Made by a program: the position numbers and the translations under genes. The notes beneath the pieces were generated by a model that ran no database searches, had not been told where the DNA came from, and saw only the letters and a list, made by a program, of their open reading frames with translations. This document shows positions 1 to 10,924 of a stretch of DNA of 64,000 bases, piece by piece (the stretch's first letter is position 1; each line of letters starts with the position of its first letter). Source of the DNA: Candidatus Aminicenantes bacterium (GTDB lineage: Bacteria; Acidobacteriota; Aminicenantia; Aminicenantales; JAFGBC01); NCBI GenBank assembly GCA_963702005.1, contig OY969696.1:448001-512000 (forward strand), in the 5' to 3' direction.

Positions 1-227
1 CCGAGTTGATCCATCTCGCGCTGGCTCAGGAAATAATCGTCGGCGATGTTGAGGGCGGCCAGCACGGCCACCTTGAGCATGTCCGACGATTTCGACTTGA
101 CGGCGATCTCGTGCATCTTCTGATCAACGTAGGCGGTCAACTGACCGATATATCGTTCATCCTCTTCTCCTTTGACGCGAATCTTGTATTTCTGCCCATA
201 GATCTCGATCTCCACGACGCGGTCCAT
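1..227 (-). CDS. zapA: Cell division protein ZapA (3' end outside window)
   Basis: Not in the ORF track. Manual translation from ATG at 227 gives MDRVVEIEIYGQKYKIRVKGEEDERYIGQLTAYVDQKMHEIA...KVAVLAALNIADDYF, with the ZapA signature. It overlaps the upstream stop (TGATG) and sits in the usual position after pheT. Confidence 0.9.
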   Translation of the reverse strand, partial: MDRVVEIEIYGQKYKIRVKGEEDERYIGQLTAYVDQKMHEIAVKSKSSDMLKVAVLAALNIADDYFLSQREMDQL

Positions 228-487
228 CATAGTCCGAGCTGGTCGATTTGGCTTATGAGCGCTTCAATCTTGCTGCGGAGGACCTCCCGTTCCCCCTCAT
301 AGCGCTTGATCTCCTCATCCATTTTCCCGTATTTCTTGAGCTGGTCCTCGCACTCCTTCTTCTCGCCCTTGAGCTCCTTGACGGCCTGTTTGAGCTTGTC
401 GTTTTCGGCCGTGAGCTTCTGGATGAACTCGAGGACCTGGGAAACTTTAGCTTCGAGTATTTTAATTCTTTCGAGCTCGGTTGTCAA
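227..487 (-). CDS. ZapB-like coiled-coil cell division protein
   Basis: 86-aa heptad coiled coil (LEAKVSQVLEFIQKLTAENDKLK) between pheT and zapA. TTG start with AGGAGG upstream. Confidence 0.75.
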   Translation of the reverse strand: MTTELERIKILEAKVSQVLEFIQKLTAENDKLKQAVKELKGEKKECEDQLKKYGKMDEEIKRYEGEREVLRSKIEALISQIDQLGL

Positions 488-2537
488 TTTTCCCTCCTGA
501 GCGCGGCTCGACCCGGAAGGCCGACTGGAGATGGAGGAGGAGCTTCTGCTCCATCTTGTCTACCTCGTCGGCGAGCAAAGTCCGTTGCGTATGACGGAAG
601 ACGAAGCGCAGCGACAGGCTGACCTTGCCCGGCGGGACGGATTCTCCGTCGTAACGGTCGACCAGGTCGAAGCTCTCCAGCGCGGCCAGGCCGAGCTTTT
701 CGACGGCCTTACGGATGTCCTGGTAAGGGAGGGCGCGGTCCGCCAGAAATGAAATATCCCGGACGGCGCTCGGGAAGCGTCCGACCGGGACGGACTGGAA
801 GGCCGGGGGCGTCTTGGCCAAGAGTCCGGAGAGGTTGATCTCGGCGATCCAAATGGGATCTTTGAGATCCCAAGCCTCGGCGATGTTCCTGAGGCAGAGC
901 CCGAGGCTCCCGGCTTTTTCTCCCCGGTAAAGAAGGTCCAGGGACAGATCCGTCTCCAGCCAGGGACAGGAACCGGCCGCGAAATCGAAGGGCGCCAGGC
1001 GAAGCTGGGCCATCAAAGCCTCGCAAGTTCCCTTGAGATGGAAGAAATCGGCCTCTTCCCGGCCGCCCTGCCAGTGAGGAGGGTCGAGCGGACCCAGGCC
1101 GGCCAGGCCCAGGGTCAGCTGTTCGACCGGCTGCTCGCCCGACCGGAAGTAAGCGTTCCCGATCTCGAAGACATGGATGCTCTCCATCTCCCGGTTCCGA
1201 TTATGGGCCAGCGTTTCGAGAAGGCTTCCCGCCAGGGTGGTCCTCAGGATCGAAGCCCGGGTCGAGATAGGATTTCGCAGGACGATCGGCTCCCGGCCCG
1301 TCCCGAAACGGGCATCCCGGTCCGGATCGGCGAAGCTGAAGTTAAGGACCTCGTTGTAACCGTGGTGGAGGAGCAGCTGCCGGATCTTTTCAATCCGCTC
1401 CCGCGTCCGGTTGACGACGGGCTCAAGGACCTTGAAGGGGGTCACAACCGAGGGGATCCGGTCGTAGCCGTAAAAACGGGCAATTTCCTCGATGACGTCC
1501 GCCTCCCGCTCGATGTCGATTCGGAAGGAGGGGACTTCGACCTTCCAAAGGCCGATCCCTTGGGGTTCGCAGCCGAACCCGATCGAGGCCAAAATCCGCT
1601 CGACCTCGACGGCCTCGACCGCGACGCCCAGGAAGTCCTGGGTCCTTTGGTGGCGGAGCATTACGATCCTGTTCTTGCGGGGATGGGGATAGATGTCCAA
1701 GACGCCCCGCGTGGCCTGTCCGCCCATCTGGGTCAGGAGCGAAGCCGCCATCAGGGCGGCTCGGGGCGGGAAGCCGATGTCCGCCCCCCGCTCGAATCGG
1801 TAGGAGGCATCGGTCTGGATTCCCAGCGCCTTGGCGGTCTTCCGGACAGAGACCGGATCGAAGCAGGCGCTTTCGATGAAGACGTCCCGGGTCGTCGCAG
1901 AAACGGCCGAGTCCTCGCCGCCGATGACGCCGGCCAGCGCGACCGGGCGGCCGTCGTCGGCGATGACCAGGAAGTCCGGCGCCAGGGCGACCTCTCGGCC
2001 TTCCAGGGTCCTAAGGCTCTCGCCCTTTTTGGCCCGGCGGATGACGATCGTCCCTCCGCCGATCTTGGCCCAGTCGAAAGCGTGGATGGGATGGGCCGTT
2101 TCATAGAGAACGTAGTTGGTCACATCGACGATATTGTTGACGGAATTCAGCCCCATGGCCTCGATCCGCCGCCGGAGCCAATCCGGGGACGGCCCGACCT
2201 TGAGGTCCTTGACGAGGATGCCGCAGTACCGGGGACAGAGATCCTCGTCCAGGATCTGGATGGCGGCCGATTTAACCGTCTCCTCAGAGGATTCGACGAG
2301 CGGCCAGCGCCTCTCCTCCAGGGGCAATCCGAACGCGGCGGCAACCTCGCGGGCGACGCCGAGATGGCCCAACGTGTCGGGCCGGTTGGCATAGGTCTCG
2401 AGGTCGAGAACGGTATCGCCGTCTTTCTCCTCCCGGGTCTCGGCGACGAGGCCGATCATGGTCAGACGGTCGAGGAGCCGGGGGAGAGGGACGTCGACCT
2501 TGACGAGATCCTTGAGCCACTCCAGGCTGATTTTCAT
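462..2537 (-). CDS. pheT: Phenylalanine--tRNA ligase beta subunit (short form lacking the B2 OB-fold)
   Basis: MKISLEWL, NRPD..GHLGVARE, TDASYRFERG, PSFRIDIEREADVIEEIAR motifs and a C-terminal FDX-ACB domain. Confidence 0.97.
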   Translation of the reverse strand: MKISLEWLKDLVKVDVPLPRLLDRLTMIGLVAETREEKDGDTVLDLETYANRPDTLGHLGVAREVAAAFGLPLEERRWPLVESSEETVKSAAIQILDEDLCPRYCGILVKDLKVGPSPDWLRRRIEAMGLNSVNNIVDVTNYVLYETAHPIHAFDWAKIGGGTIVIRRAKKGESLRTLEGREVALAPDFLVIADDGRPVALAGVIGGEDSAVSATTRDVFIESACFDPVSVRKTAKALGIQTDASYRFERGADIGFPPRAALMAASLLTQMGGQATRGVLDIYPHPRKNRIVMLRHQRTQDFLGVAVEAVEVERILASIGFGCEPQGIGLWKVEVPSFRIDIEREADVIEEIARFYGYDRIPSVVTPFKVLEPVVNRTRERIEKIRQLLLHHGYNEVLNFSFADPDRDARFGTGREPIVLRNPISTRASILRTTLAGSLLETLAHNRNREMESIHVFEIGNAYFRSGEQPVEQLTLGLAGLGPLDPPHWQGGREEADFFHLKGTCEALMAQLRLAPFDFAAGSCPWLETDLSLDLLYRGEKAGSLGLCLRNIAEAWDLKDPIWIAEINLSGLLAKTPPAFQSVPVGRFPSAVRDISFLADRALPYQDIRKAVEKLGLAALESFDLVDRYDGESVPPGKVSLSLRFVFRHTQRTLLADEVDKMEQKLLLHLQSAFRVEPRSGGKIDNRARKN

Positions 2538-2538
2538 T

Positions 2539-3573
2539 TTATTTGACCATGAACTGCCGGATGAACCTCAGGTCGTTTTCGTAGAAGCTTTTCATCTCCG
2601 GAAGCTGGTGGACGATCATGGCCGCCCGCTCGACGCCCAGCCCGAAGGCCCAGCCCGTATACCGCTCCGGGTCGATGTTGACGTTCTTGAAGACCTGGGG
2701 ATCGACCATGCCCGCCCCCAGGATTTCCTTCCAGCCGGTTCCGCCGCAGACGCGGCACTGGGCGTCCTTGCCGCCGCAGACAAGACACTCGATGTCGACC
2801 TCGGCGGACGGCTCCGTGAAGGGGAAGAAGCTCGGCCGGAAACGGACCTTGACCTTCTCGCCGAAGAAGGCCTTCAGAAAATACTCGAGGGTCCCCTTGA
2901 GGTTGGCGAAGGTGATCCCCTCGTCGACGACCAGCCCCTCGACCTGGTAGAACATGGGAAGATGGGTCGCGTCGGGCGTCTCGTGCCGGAAGACGCGGCC
3001 GGGGCAGATGATCCGGATCGGAGGCTTGCGCCGCTCCATAACCCTGATCTGGACGGGCGAGGTATGGGTCCGGAGCAGCAGGTTGTCCACGGTATAGAGC
3101 GTGTCCCAGTCGTCTCGGGCGGGATGTTGGGGCGGAAAGTTGAGGGCTTCGAAGTTGTAGTAATCAGTTTCGATCTCGGGTCCCTCCTCGATGGCGAACC
3201 CCATCGACAGAAAGATGGCCTCGATCTCTTGAGTGACGAGCATCAGCGGATGGGGAGCTCCCCGGGAGCGCGTCCGGCCGGGCAGGCTGAGGTCGATCCC
3301 GGGGGGTGCCGCCGCGGTCGCGGTCAGGGTCCGCTCCGCCTCGTCGAGCCTGCCCTGGACATAGTCCTTGAGGGCGTTGATTTGTCCACCGGCCCCCGGC
3401 CGCTCGGGGGCGGGGAGGGACTTAAGCTCATCGAGGAGCCGGGCCAGATATCCGCGCTTCCGGCTCAGGTACTGGTTGCGGAGGTCCTGGAGGACTTTGA
3501 GGTCGGCGATCCCCCGGCAGGCCTCGTCGAAGGTCCGCCTCAGGACGCCGATTCTCTGGGTGAGGGACTCCAT
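2539..3573 (-). CDS. pheS: Phenylalanine--tRNA ligase alpha subunit
   Basis: HPARD, LLRTHTSPVQ, FRPSFFPFTEPS and GWAFGLGVER motifs. Start placed at the ATG just after the rplT stop. Confidence 0.97.
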   Translation of the reverse strand: MESLTQRIGVLRRTFDEACRGIADLKVLQDLRNQYLSRKRGYLARLLDELKSLPAPERPGAGGQINALKDYVQGRLDEAERTLTATAAAPPGIDLSLPGRTRSRGAPHPLMLVTQEIEAIFLSMGFAIEEGPEIETDYYNFEALNFPPQHPARDDWDTLYTVDNLLLRTHTSPVQIRVMERRKPPIRIICPGRVFRHETPDATHLPMFYQVEGLVVDEGITFANLKGTLEYFLKAFFGEKVKVRFRPSFFPFTEPSAEVDIECLVCGGKDAQCRVCGGTGWKEILGAGMVDPQVFKNVNIDPERYTGWAFGLGVERAAMIVHQLPEMKSFYENDLRFIRQFMVK

Positions 3574-3574
3574 C

Positions 3575-3931
3575 TCAAGCGACCGCGCTCTTCGCCTTCT
3601 CGGCAAGCCGGGCGAACGCCCGGGGACTGGCGACGGCCAGGTCGGCCAGGACCTTCCGGTCGAGCTCGATCCGGAGCGCCTTCAGGGCGTGGATGAACTT
3701 GCTGTAGGAAATGCCGTTGGCTTCGGCGGCCGCCTTGATCCGGATGATCCATAGGCCGCGGAACTCCCGCTTCCGGGCTTTCCGGTCCCGGTAGGCGTAG
3801 AGCAGCGATTTCTCGACGGCCTCCTTGGCCGTCCGATAATTGCGGCCCTTGGCTCCCCAGTAGCCCTTGGCGAGCTTGAGGACCTTGGACCGCCGGTCTT
3901 TTCTTTTCGTTCCTCTCTTGACTCTCGGCAT
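3575..3931 (-). CDS. rplT: 50S ribosomal protein L20
   Basis: MPRVKRG...LAKGYWG...[21 protein letters not shown]. Confidence 0.98.
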   Translation of the reverse strand: MPRVKRGTKRKDRRSKVLKLAKGYWGAKGRNYRTAKEAVEKSLLYAYRDRKARKREFRGLWIIRIKAAAEANGISYSKFIHALKALRIELDRKVLADLAVASPRAFARLAEKAKSAVA

Positions 3932-3949
3932 CGTTGACTCCTTGGTAAG

Positions 3950-3969
3950 GACTCCGCTTTCGCGGGGTC
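3950..3969 (-). other. Short GAAA-tetraloop hairpin between rpmI and rplT
   Basis: Minus strand reads GACCCCGC-GAAA-GCGGAGTC. There is no U-tract, so it is not a clear terminator. Confidence 0.35.
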
Positions 3970-4168
3970 AGAATTCGTAGGGGAGCATGGGCTTGATGGC
4001 GGCCCGGTCGGCCGGGCTGACCTTCGCCCTCTTTCCCAAGGCCCGTTTCCGCTTGGCCGCTTTTTTGGTCAGGATGTGGCTTTTAAACGCCTTCGACCGG
4101 AGTATCTTTTTTTTCGCCGTTACCTTGAACCTCTTGCGGGCTCCCTTGTGGGTTTTTAGCTTTGGCAT
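3968..4168 (-). CDS. rpmI: 50S ribosomal protein L35
   Basis: [17 protein letters not shown]...HILTKK, with AGGAGG upstream. Confidence 0.98.
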   Translation of the reverse strand: MPKLKTHKGARKRFKVTAKKKILRSKAFKSHILTKKAAKRKRALGKRAKVSPADRAAIKPMLPYEF

Positions 4169-4730
4169 CACGTCCTCCTGTCTTGGTGGGTATGATCAAC
4201 GCGGATACGGCCCAGTCTTGCCTTCGCACGTCGCCGTCCTGGCGGCCGAAATCTTTGACCGTCTCCTTGACCCGCTCCAGGACCTGGATCCCCAAGTCGG
4301 GCCGGGACTTCTCGCGGCCACGGAGCATGACGGTGACCTTGACCTTGTTTCCCTCCTCGAGAAAGCGCAGGATGTGCTTCGTCTTAAAATTATAATCGTG
4401 GATGCTGATCTTGGGCCTCAGCTTGATCTCCTTGACCAGGACCTGCTTCTGGTGTTTCTTGGCCTCGTGCTCTTTCTTGTGGAGCTCGTAGAGGAACTTC
4501 CCGTAGTCCATGACCCGGCAGACGGGCGGCGCCGCCGTGGGTGCGATCTCGACGAGGTCGAGCCCCCGTTCCCGGGCCACGGCCAGGGCTTCGGGAACGC
4601 TCAGGATCCCGATCAGCTTCTTTTCGTCATCGATGACGCGGATCTCCTTGGCCCGGATCATATCGTTGATCCGGTGGGGCCGCTGTTTTTCGGCTCGAGG
4701 ATAAAAGGGAAAAGGCCTGGGTGGTCTAAT
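4083..4730 (-). CDS. infC: Translation initiation factor IF-3, non-canonical ATT start
   Basis: [22 protein letters not shown] and KEIKLRPKI motifs. An in-frame ATT at 4730-4728 lies 6 nt after AGGAGG, which itself follows the thrS stop. This start restores the conserved RIN..IRA N-terminus. Confidence 0.93.
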   Translation of the reverse strand: MRPPRPFPFYPRAEKQRPHRINDMIRAKEIRVIDDEKKLIGILSVPEALAVARERGLDLVEIAPTAAPPVCRVMDYGKFLYELHKKEHEAKKHQKQVLVKEIKLRPKISIHDYNFKTKHILRFLEEGNKVKVTVMLRGREKSRPDLGIQVLERVKETVKDFGRQDGDVRRQDWAVSALIIPTKTGGRDAKAKNPQGSPQEVQGNGEKKDTPVEGV

Positions 4731-4742
4731 GGGGAACCTCCT

Positions 4743-6680
<1,938 letters not shown>

Positions 6681-6761
6681 TTCGGTTGTAGGGTATTCAA
6701 CAGGGCGGGCAGGAATGTCTTGCTGCTCAATCTATCCTTTGAATACACGCTCATAAGGATG

Positions 6762-6836
6762 TGGTAGGCGCGGAGGGGATTGAACCCACGGCCTCTTCCG
6801 CGTCAAGGAAGCGCTCTCCCACTGAGCTACGCGCCT
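6762..6836 (-). tRNA. tRNA-Val(GAC)
   Basis: Reverse complement AGGCGCGTAGCTCAGTGGGAGAGCGCTTCCTTGACGCGGAAGAGGCCGTGGGTTCAATCCCCTCCGCGCCTACCA folds as a cloverleaf with GAC anticodon, TTC loop and encoded CCA. Confidence 0.96.
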
Positions 6837-6859
6837 ATCCGCCTCAAATGAGCCTTAAT

Positions 6860-6888
6860 ATATTAAGAAATACCCTGTCCAGTGTCAA
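6860..6888 (-). promoter_or_regulatory. Sigma70 promoter for tRNA-Val/thrS operon
   Basis: TTGACA-17 nt-TAATAT on the minus strand just upstream of the tRNA. Confidence 0.75.
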
Positions 6889-6984
6889 TAGCGCCAACAT
6901 CAGGGGTAAGCATCTTGTTTTATGGGATCAGATCCGCTTTCAAAACCCTCGTCCGAAAACTCCATAAATGACGCGGCTCCCGGC

Positions 6985-7476
6985 CTAGACCAGTCTGGTT
7001 TTTAGCCTCCGAAACATCGGAAGGAAGGTCGCTAAGAAAACAACTACGATGTCGATGTCCGCGAACAGCAGGAACAACGACGGCTTAAGGGCGCCGGTTT
7101 CTACTAAAAAGGGGGCGGTCGTCAACATGATCTTGGCGAGAATTGTGAAGAGGGCAATGAGGACGAGCAGGATGATCCTGACCTGGAAAAGCGTTAGTAC
7201 GGGCTTGGACCAGTACGACAATGAAACCAAGAGAAATAGGATGATCAGGCCGATCGCCAGGGCAGGAATATGGATCCCGCTCAGCGTCCCGGGCCTGGGG
7301 ACGGCATAGGACCAGAAGACGTCTTTAAAGGCGACGCTGCCGGATCCAAGGGCTTTCAACCTCATGTAGAAGGCAATCAGGCCGGTTGCTAAGCAGCACA
7401 ACGGGATATACGCGACAAGAAGAATCCATTGGGCTTTCGATTTTGCAGCCGGGGCCGTCTTTTCGTGCAAATTCAT
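6985..7476 (-). CDS. Hypothetical membrane protein (about 4 TM helices)
   Basis: ATG at 7476 preceded by GAGGAGG. Four hydrophobic segments, and lower GC than the flanking genes. Confidence 0.7.
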   Translation of the reverse strand: MNLHEKTAPAAKSKAQWILLVAYIPLCCLATGLIAFYMRLKALGSGSVAFKDVFWSYAVPRPGTLSGIHIPALAIGLIILFLLVSLSYWSKPVLTLFQVRIILLVLIALFTILAKIMLTTAPFLVETGALKPSLFLLFADIDIVVVFLATFLPMFRRLKTRLV

Positions 7477-7591
7477 CTTAACCTCCTCTTCCGGACGCCC
7501 GGTTTTTCTAAGCCAATCGGTTGTGACCCCATCAATTTCGTTCTCGAGGCCGGCTCCCGGAAAAATATAATAAAACGGTCCGGCGATTGGT

Positions 7592-7812
7592 GTCAACCCT
7601 TCGACACCCATACTAAGCCGTTTCCGGCTTAGTATGAGTACCGCAAGGCTGGGCTTGCTCAGGGTTAACCCTGAGCCTACTCAGCCCCATTCCTCCTAAA
7701 AGGGCTGAGTACAAAAGTGTCGCTTCTCGTCCCTGCCTTTCAGGGCGGCACACACGAACCGTTCCCGGTTCGTGAGTACTGCAAGGCTGGGTAGCGTCGG
7801 CGAACGGGTCAA
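7592..7812 (+). repeat. Modular palindromic element, copy A
   Basis: GTCAACCCTTCGAC...GCTCAGGGTTAACCCTGAGC...AGCGTCGGCGAACGGGTCAA. Shares long blocks with 27780-27933 (inverted) and 39730-39988. Confidence 0.9.
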
Positions 7813-7882
7813 GAAAACCGACGGGCATTCTCTTTGAAACAACTCGTTCCCTATGCTACTCTGTCGCCGAGGTGTTTCCCCG

Positions 7883-8365
7883 TTGATCGGCATCTTATCC
7901 GATAGCCACGACAACCTGCCCATGCTGGAACGGGCCGTCCGGCTTTTCAACGACGCCGGCTGCAGCCTGGTCATCCACGCCGGGGACTTTGTGGCCCCTT
8001 TCGCGGCCCGAACCCTGGCCGGCCTCCGCGCTCCCCTCAAGGCCGTCTTCGGGAACTGCGACGGCGAGAAGGTGGGCCTCGCGGCTGCCGTCGCTCCCAT
8101 TGGGGAGATCCGGAAGGCTCCCTTCCAATTTGAGCACGGCGGCATCGCGTTTCTGCTCGTCCATTCAAACGTCGGCCTGGCCGCAATGGTCGCTTCGGCA
8201 GTTCCCGATGTCGCCGTATTCGGCCATACCCACAAGTCCGCGGTCGCCCGGAGGGGGAAAACCCTCCTCATCAACCCGGGCGAAGCGGGAGGCTGGGTCC
8301 ACGGCAAAAGCACGGCCGCCCTCCTCGACCCCGCCAGCCTGACCGTGGAACTTATTCCTTTATAA
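7883..8365 (+). CDS. YfcE/MJ0936-family metallophosphoesterase
   Basis: SDSHDN, HAGD, GNCD, FGHTH and NPGE motifs. TTG start after GAGGTG. Confidence 0.9.
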   Translation: MIGILSDSHDNLPMLERAVRLFNDAGCSLVIHAGDFVAPFAARTLAGLRAPLKAVFGNCDGEKVGLAAAVAPIGEIRKAPFQFEHGGIAFLLVHSNVGLAAMVASAVPDVAVFGHTHKSAVARRGKTLLINPGEAGGWVHGKSTAALLDPASLTVELIPL

Positions 8366-8553
8366 TAAGATAGGGAGGCAGATCGGACATGGCCCATTCC
8401 GTCCCCAGGCGGCAGAAACCGGGTTGGCGGATCGCGCGGCGCCCCCTGCCGCCCCCCAGGCCCCAGGGGCCGGCCGGCGTCCGGTTCCCAAAAAAGGGCT
8501 CATCCCGGATCAAGCCCGGCTCCGGCCGCTGATCCCGGACGAACCCCGGCCTC

Positions 8554-8582
8554 TTGCAAACCTGCCCCATATGCTTTATACT
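8554..8582 (+). promoter_or_regulatory. Sigma70 promoter for the arc operon
   Basis: TTGCAA-17 nt-TATACT about 70 nt upstream of ATG 8653. Confidence 0.55.
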
Positions 8583-8652
8583 TGACCTTTCTTTTTCTGC
8601 TTTTTTTCCTGTATTTTATGAAACGGAGACCTGCGAAAAAGGAGCGGACGGA

Positions 8653-9960
8653 ATGAGAAATGTCATCATCATGGGCGCGGCCGGACGGGATTTTCACAAT
8701 TTCAACGTCTACTACCGGACGAACCAAAACTACAGGGTTGTCGCTTTCACTGCCACTCAGATCCCGGATATCGCGGGCCGGAAGTACCCGGCCGAGCTGG
8801 CCGGCCCTCTCTACCCCGAGGGCATCCCGATCTACGCCGAAACCGAGCTTCCCGAACTTATCAAAACCCTCGGCGCCCAGGACGTCGTCTTCGCCTACAG
8901 CGACGTTCGCCATGAATACGTCATGCACCAGGCCTCCCTGGTCCATGCCTGCGGGGCGAGCTTCGTCCTGCTCGGCCCGGACGACACCATGATCAAGAGC
9001 CGGAAGCCGGTCATCTCCGTCTGCGCCGTCCGGACCGGGTCCGGCAAGAGCCAGACCAGCCGTAAAATCACCCTCCTTCTCAAAGAGGCCGGGAAGAAAG
9101 TCGCCGTCATCCGCCACCCGATGCCCTACGGCGACCTCGTCAAGCAGAAAGTCCAGCGCTTCGCGACCTACGAGGACATGGACCGTTACGAGTGCACGAT
9201 CGAAGAGCGCGAGGAATACGAGCCCCATATCCGGAACGGAATCATCGTCTTCGCCGGCGTCGACTACCAGGCCATCCTGGACGAGGCCGAGAAAGAGGCC
9301 GACGTTATCCTCTGGGACGGCGGAAACAACGACTTCCCGTTCTACAAGGCCGACCTCGAGATCGTGGTCGCCGACCCCCATCGGGCCGGCCACGAAATGC
9401 TCTACCACCCCGGCGAGACCAACCTGCGCCGAGCCCACGTCATCGTCGTCAACAAAATCGACACGGCCGATAAAGACAAGATCAAAATCGTTTTAGACAA
9501 CATCAAGAAGGTCAACCCCAAGGCCGTCATCATCAAGGCCAAATCCCCGATCTTCGTCAGCGACGGCAAGGCCATTCGGGGCAAGACGGTTCTCGTCATC
9601 GAGGACGGGCCGACCCTGACCCACGGCGAGATGCGCTACGGAGCCGGCATCGTGGCCGCCAAGAAATACGGCGCCCGCCGGATCGTCGACCCCCGCCCCT
9701 ACGCGGTCGGGACCATTAAAAAGACCTTCCAGAAGTACAGTCACCTCGACAAGGTCCTTCCGGCCATGGGCTACGGCGACGTCCAAATCGCCGAGCTGGC
9801 CAAGACGATCGACCGCGTTCCCTGCGACCTCGTCATCAGCGCGACCCCGATCGACCTCAGCCGGGTCCTGACGACCAAGAAGCGTCTCCTCCCCGTCCGC
9901 TACGAGCTGGCCGAGTCCGGCCCGATCACCCTCAAGAAGGTCCTCCAGAAATTCTTATGA
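8653..9960 (+). CDS. arcE: P-loop NTPase of the cDPGS-like family, probable arginine synthetase (ArcE-type)
   Basis: N-terminal MGAAGRDFHNFN, Walker A RTGSGKS, EEREEYEPH, WDGGNND and EDGPTLTHG motifs. Coupled (ATGA) to carbamate kinase and followed by OTC. Confidence 0.75.
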   Translation: MRNVIIMGAAGRDFHNFNVYYRTNQNYRVVAFTATQIPDIAGRKYPAELAGPLYPEGIPIYAETELPELIKTLGAQDVVFAYSDVRHEYVMHQASLVHACGASFVLLGPDDTMIKSRKPVISVCAVRTGSGKSQTSRKITLLLKEAGKKVAVIRHPMPYGDLVKQKVQRFATYEDMDRYECTIEEREEYEPHIRNGIIVFAGVDYQAILDEAEKEADVILWDGGNNDFPFYKADLEIVVADPHRAGHEMLYHPGETNLRRAHVIVVNKIDTADKDKIKIVLDNIKKVNPKAVIIKAKSPIFVSDGKAIRGKTVLVIEDGPTLTHGEMRYGAGIVAAKKYGARRIVDPRPYAVGTIKKTFQKYSHLDKVLPAMGYGDVQIAELAKTIDRVPCDLVISATPIDLSRVLTTKKRLLPVRYELAESGPITLKKVLQKFL

Positions 9961-10907
9961 AGAGACGCCTGGCCCTGATCGCCTTCGGCGGCAACGCCCT
10001 CCTCCCCGAGAGCCAACGCGGGCTCCAGGAGGAGCAGATGAGGAACGCCCAGACGGCGGCCCAGCTCATGGTCCATATCGTTAAGAAGGGCTATGAGCTC
10101 ATCATCGTCCACGGGAACGGCCCCCAGGTCGGGAACATCCTCATCCAGATGGAGGAGGCGGTCACCAAGATTCCGCCCTTCTCACTCGAGACCTGCGACG
10201 CCATGACCGAAGGAAGCATGGGCTACATGCTCGAGAAAGCCATCATCAACGAACTCCGCAGGAATTCGATCGACAAGGAAGTCGCGACCTTGATCAGCCA
10301 GGTCGTCGTCGACCCCAACGACGCGGCCTTTCAGAATCCGACCAAGCCGGTCGGACCCTTCTACACCAAATACCGGGCCCAAATGCTGGTCCGGGAGAAG
10401 AAGTGGACCATGGTCGAGGACGCCGGCCGGGGCTACCGAAAGGTCGTCCCCTCGCCCAAGCCGATCGACGTCGTCCCCAAGTGGATCATCCGCGACCTCG
10501 TCCGGGACGGGAAGATCGTCATCGCCGCCGGCGGGGGCGGGATTCCCGTCATCATCACCAGCCGCGGATTGTTTCAGGGCGTCGAGGCCGTCATCGACAA
10601 GGATTACGCGGCCAGCCTGTTGGCCCGCGAGGTCGGGGTCGACCTTTTCATCATCCTGACCGGGACCGACCGGGTCTACCTCAACTTCGGCAAGCCCGAC
10701 CAGAAGGAGTGCCCCGTCTTGACCGTCGACGAGGCCGAGCAGCATCTTAAGCAGGGCCAGTTCCCGGCTGGCTCGATGGGGCCCAAGATCCGGGCGGCCA
10801 TCGAATACATCCGGAACGGCGGCCGGGAGGTTCTGATCACGAGCGCCGCCAACCTCAAAGCGGCCCTTCTCAACCGCTCCGGGACAAAAATCGTCGCGTC
10901 GACCTGA
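9957..10907 (+). CDS. arcC: Carbamate kinase
   Basis: GGNAL, HGNGPQVG, PTKPVGPFY, GGGGIPV, EAVIDKD and GSMGPK motifs. Confidence 0.97.
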   Translation: MKRRLALIAFGGNALLPESQRGLQEEQMRNAQTAAQLMVHIVKKGYELIIVHGNGPQVGNILIQMEEAVTKIPPFSLETCDAMTEGSMGYMLEKAIINELRRNSIDKEVATLISQVVVDPNDAAFQNPTKPVGPFYTKYRAQMLVREKKWTMVEDAGRGYRKVVPSPKPIDVVPKWIIRDLVRDGKIVIAAGGGGIPVIITSRGLFQGVEAVIDKDYAASLLAREVGVDLFIILTGTDRVYLNFGKPDQKECPVLTVDEAEQHLKQGQFPAGSMGPKIRAAIEYIRNGGREVLITSAANLKAALLNRSGTKIVAST

Positions 10908-10924
10908 GACCGGAGAAAAGGATT

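Noticed and set aside
6681-6761. T-box or other leader before thrS
   Set aside because: Only about 80 nt separate the tRNA and thrS, and no T-box consensus or terminator is visible.
6761-6967. 68-aa ORF
   Set aside because: It is antisense to tRNA-Val and its promoter.
6762-7600. tRNA-anchored genomic island
   Set aside because: There is no integrase or duplicated tRNA 3' end, and the single lower-GC gene lies on the 5' side of the tRNA.
7613-7828. Short similar ORFs at 7613-7828, 39670-39897 and 39879-40082, and the N-terminal extension of 27841-29190
   Set aside because: Their similarity comes from the non-coding repeat, and frames are not conserved between copies.
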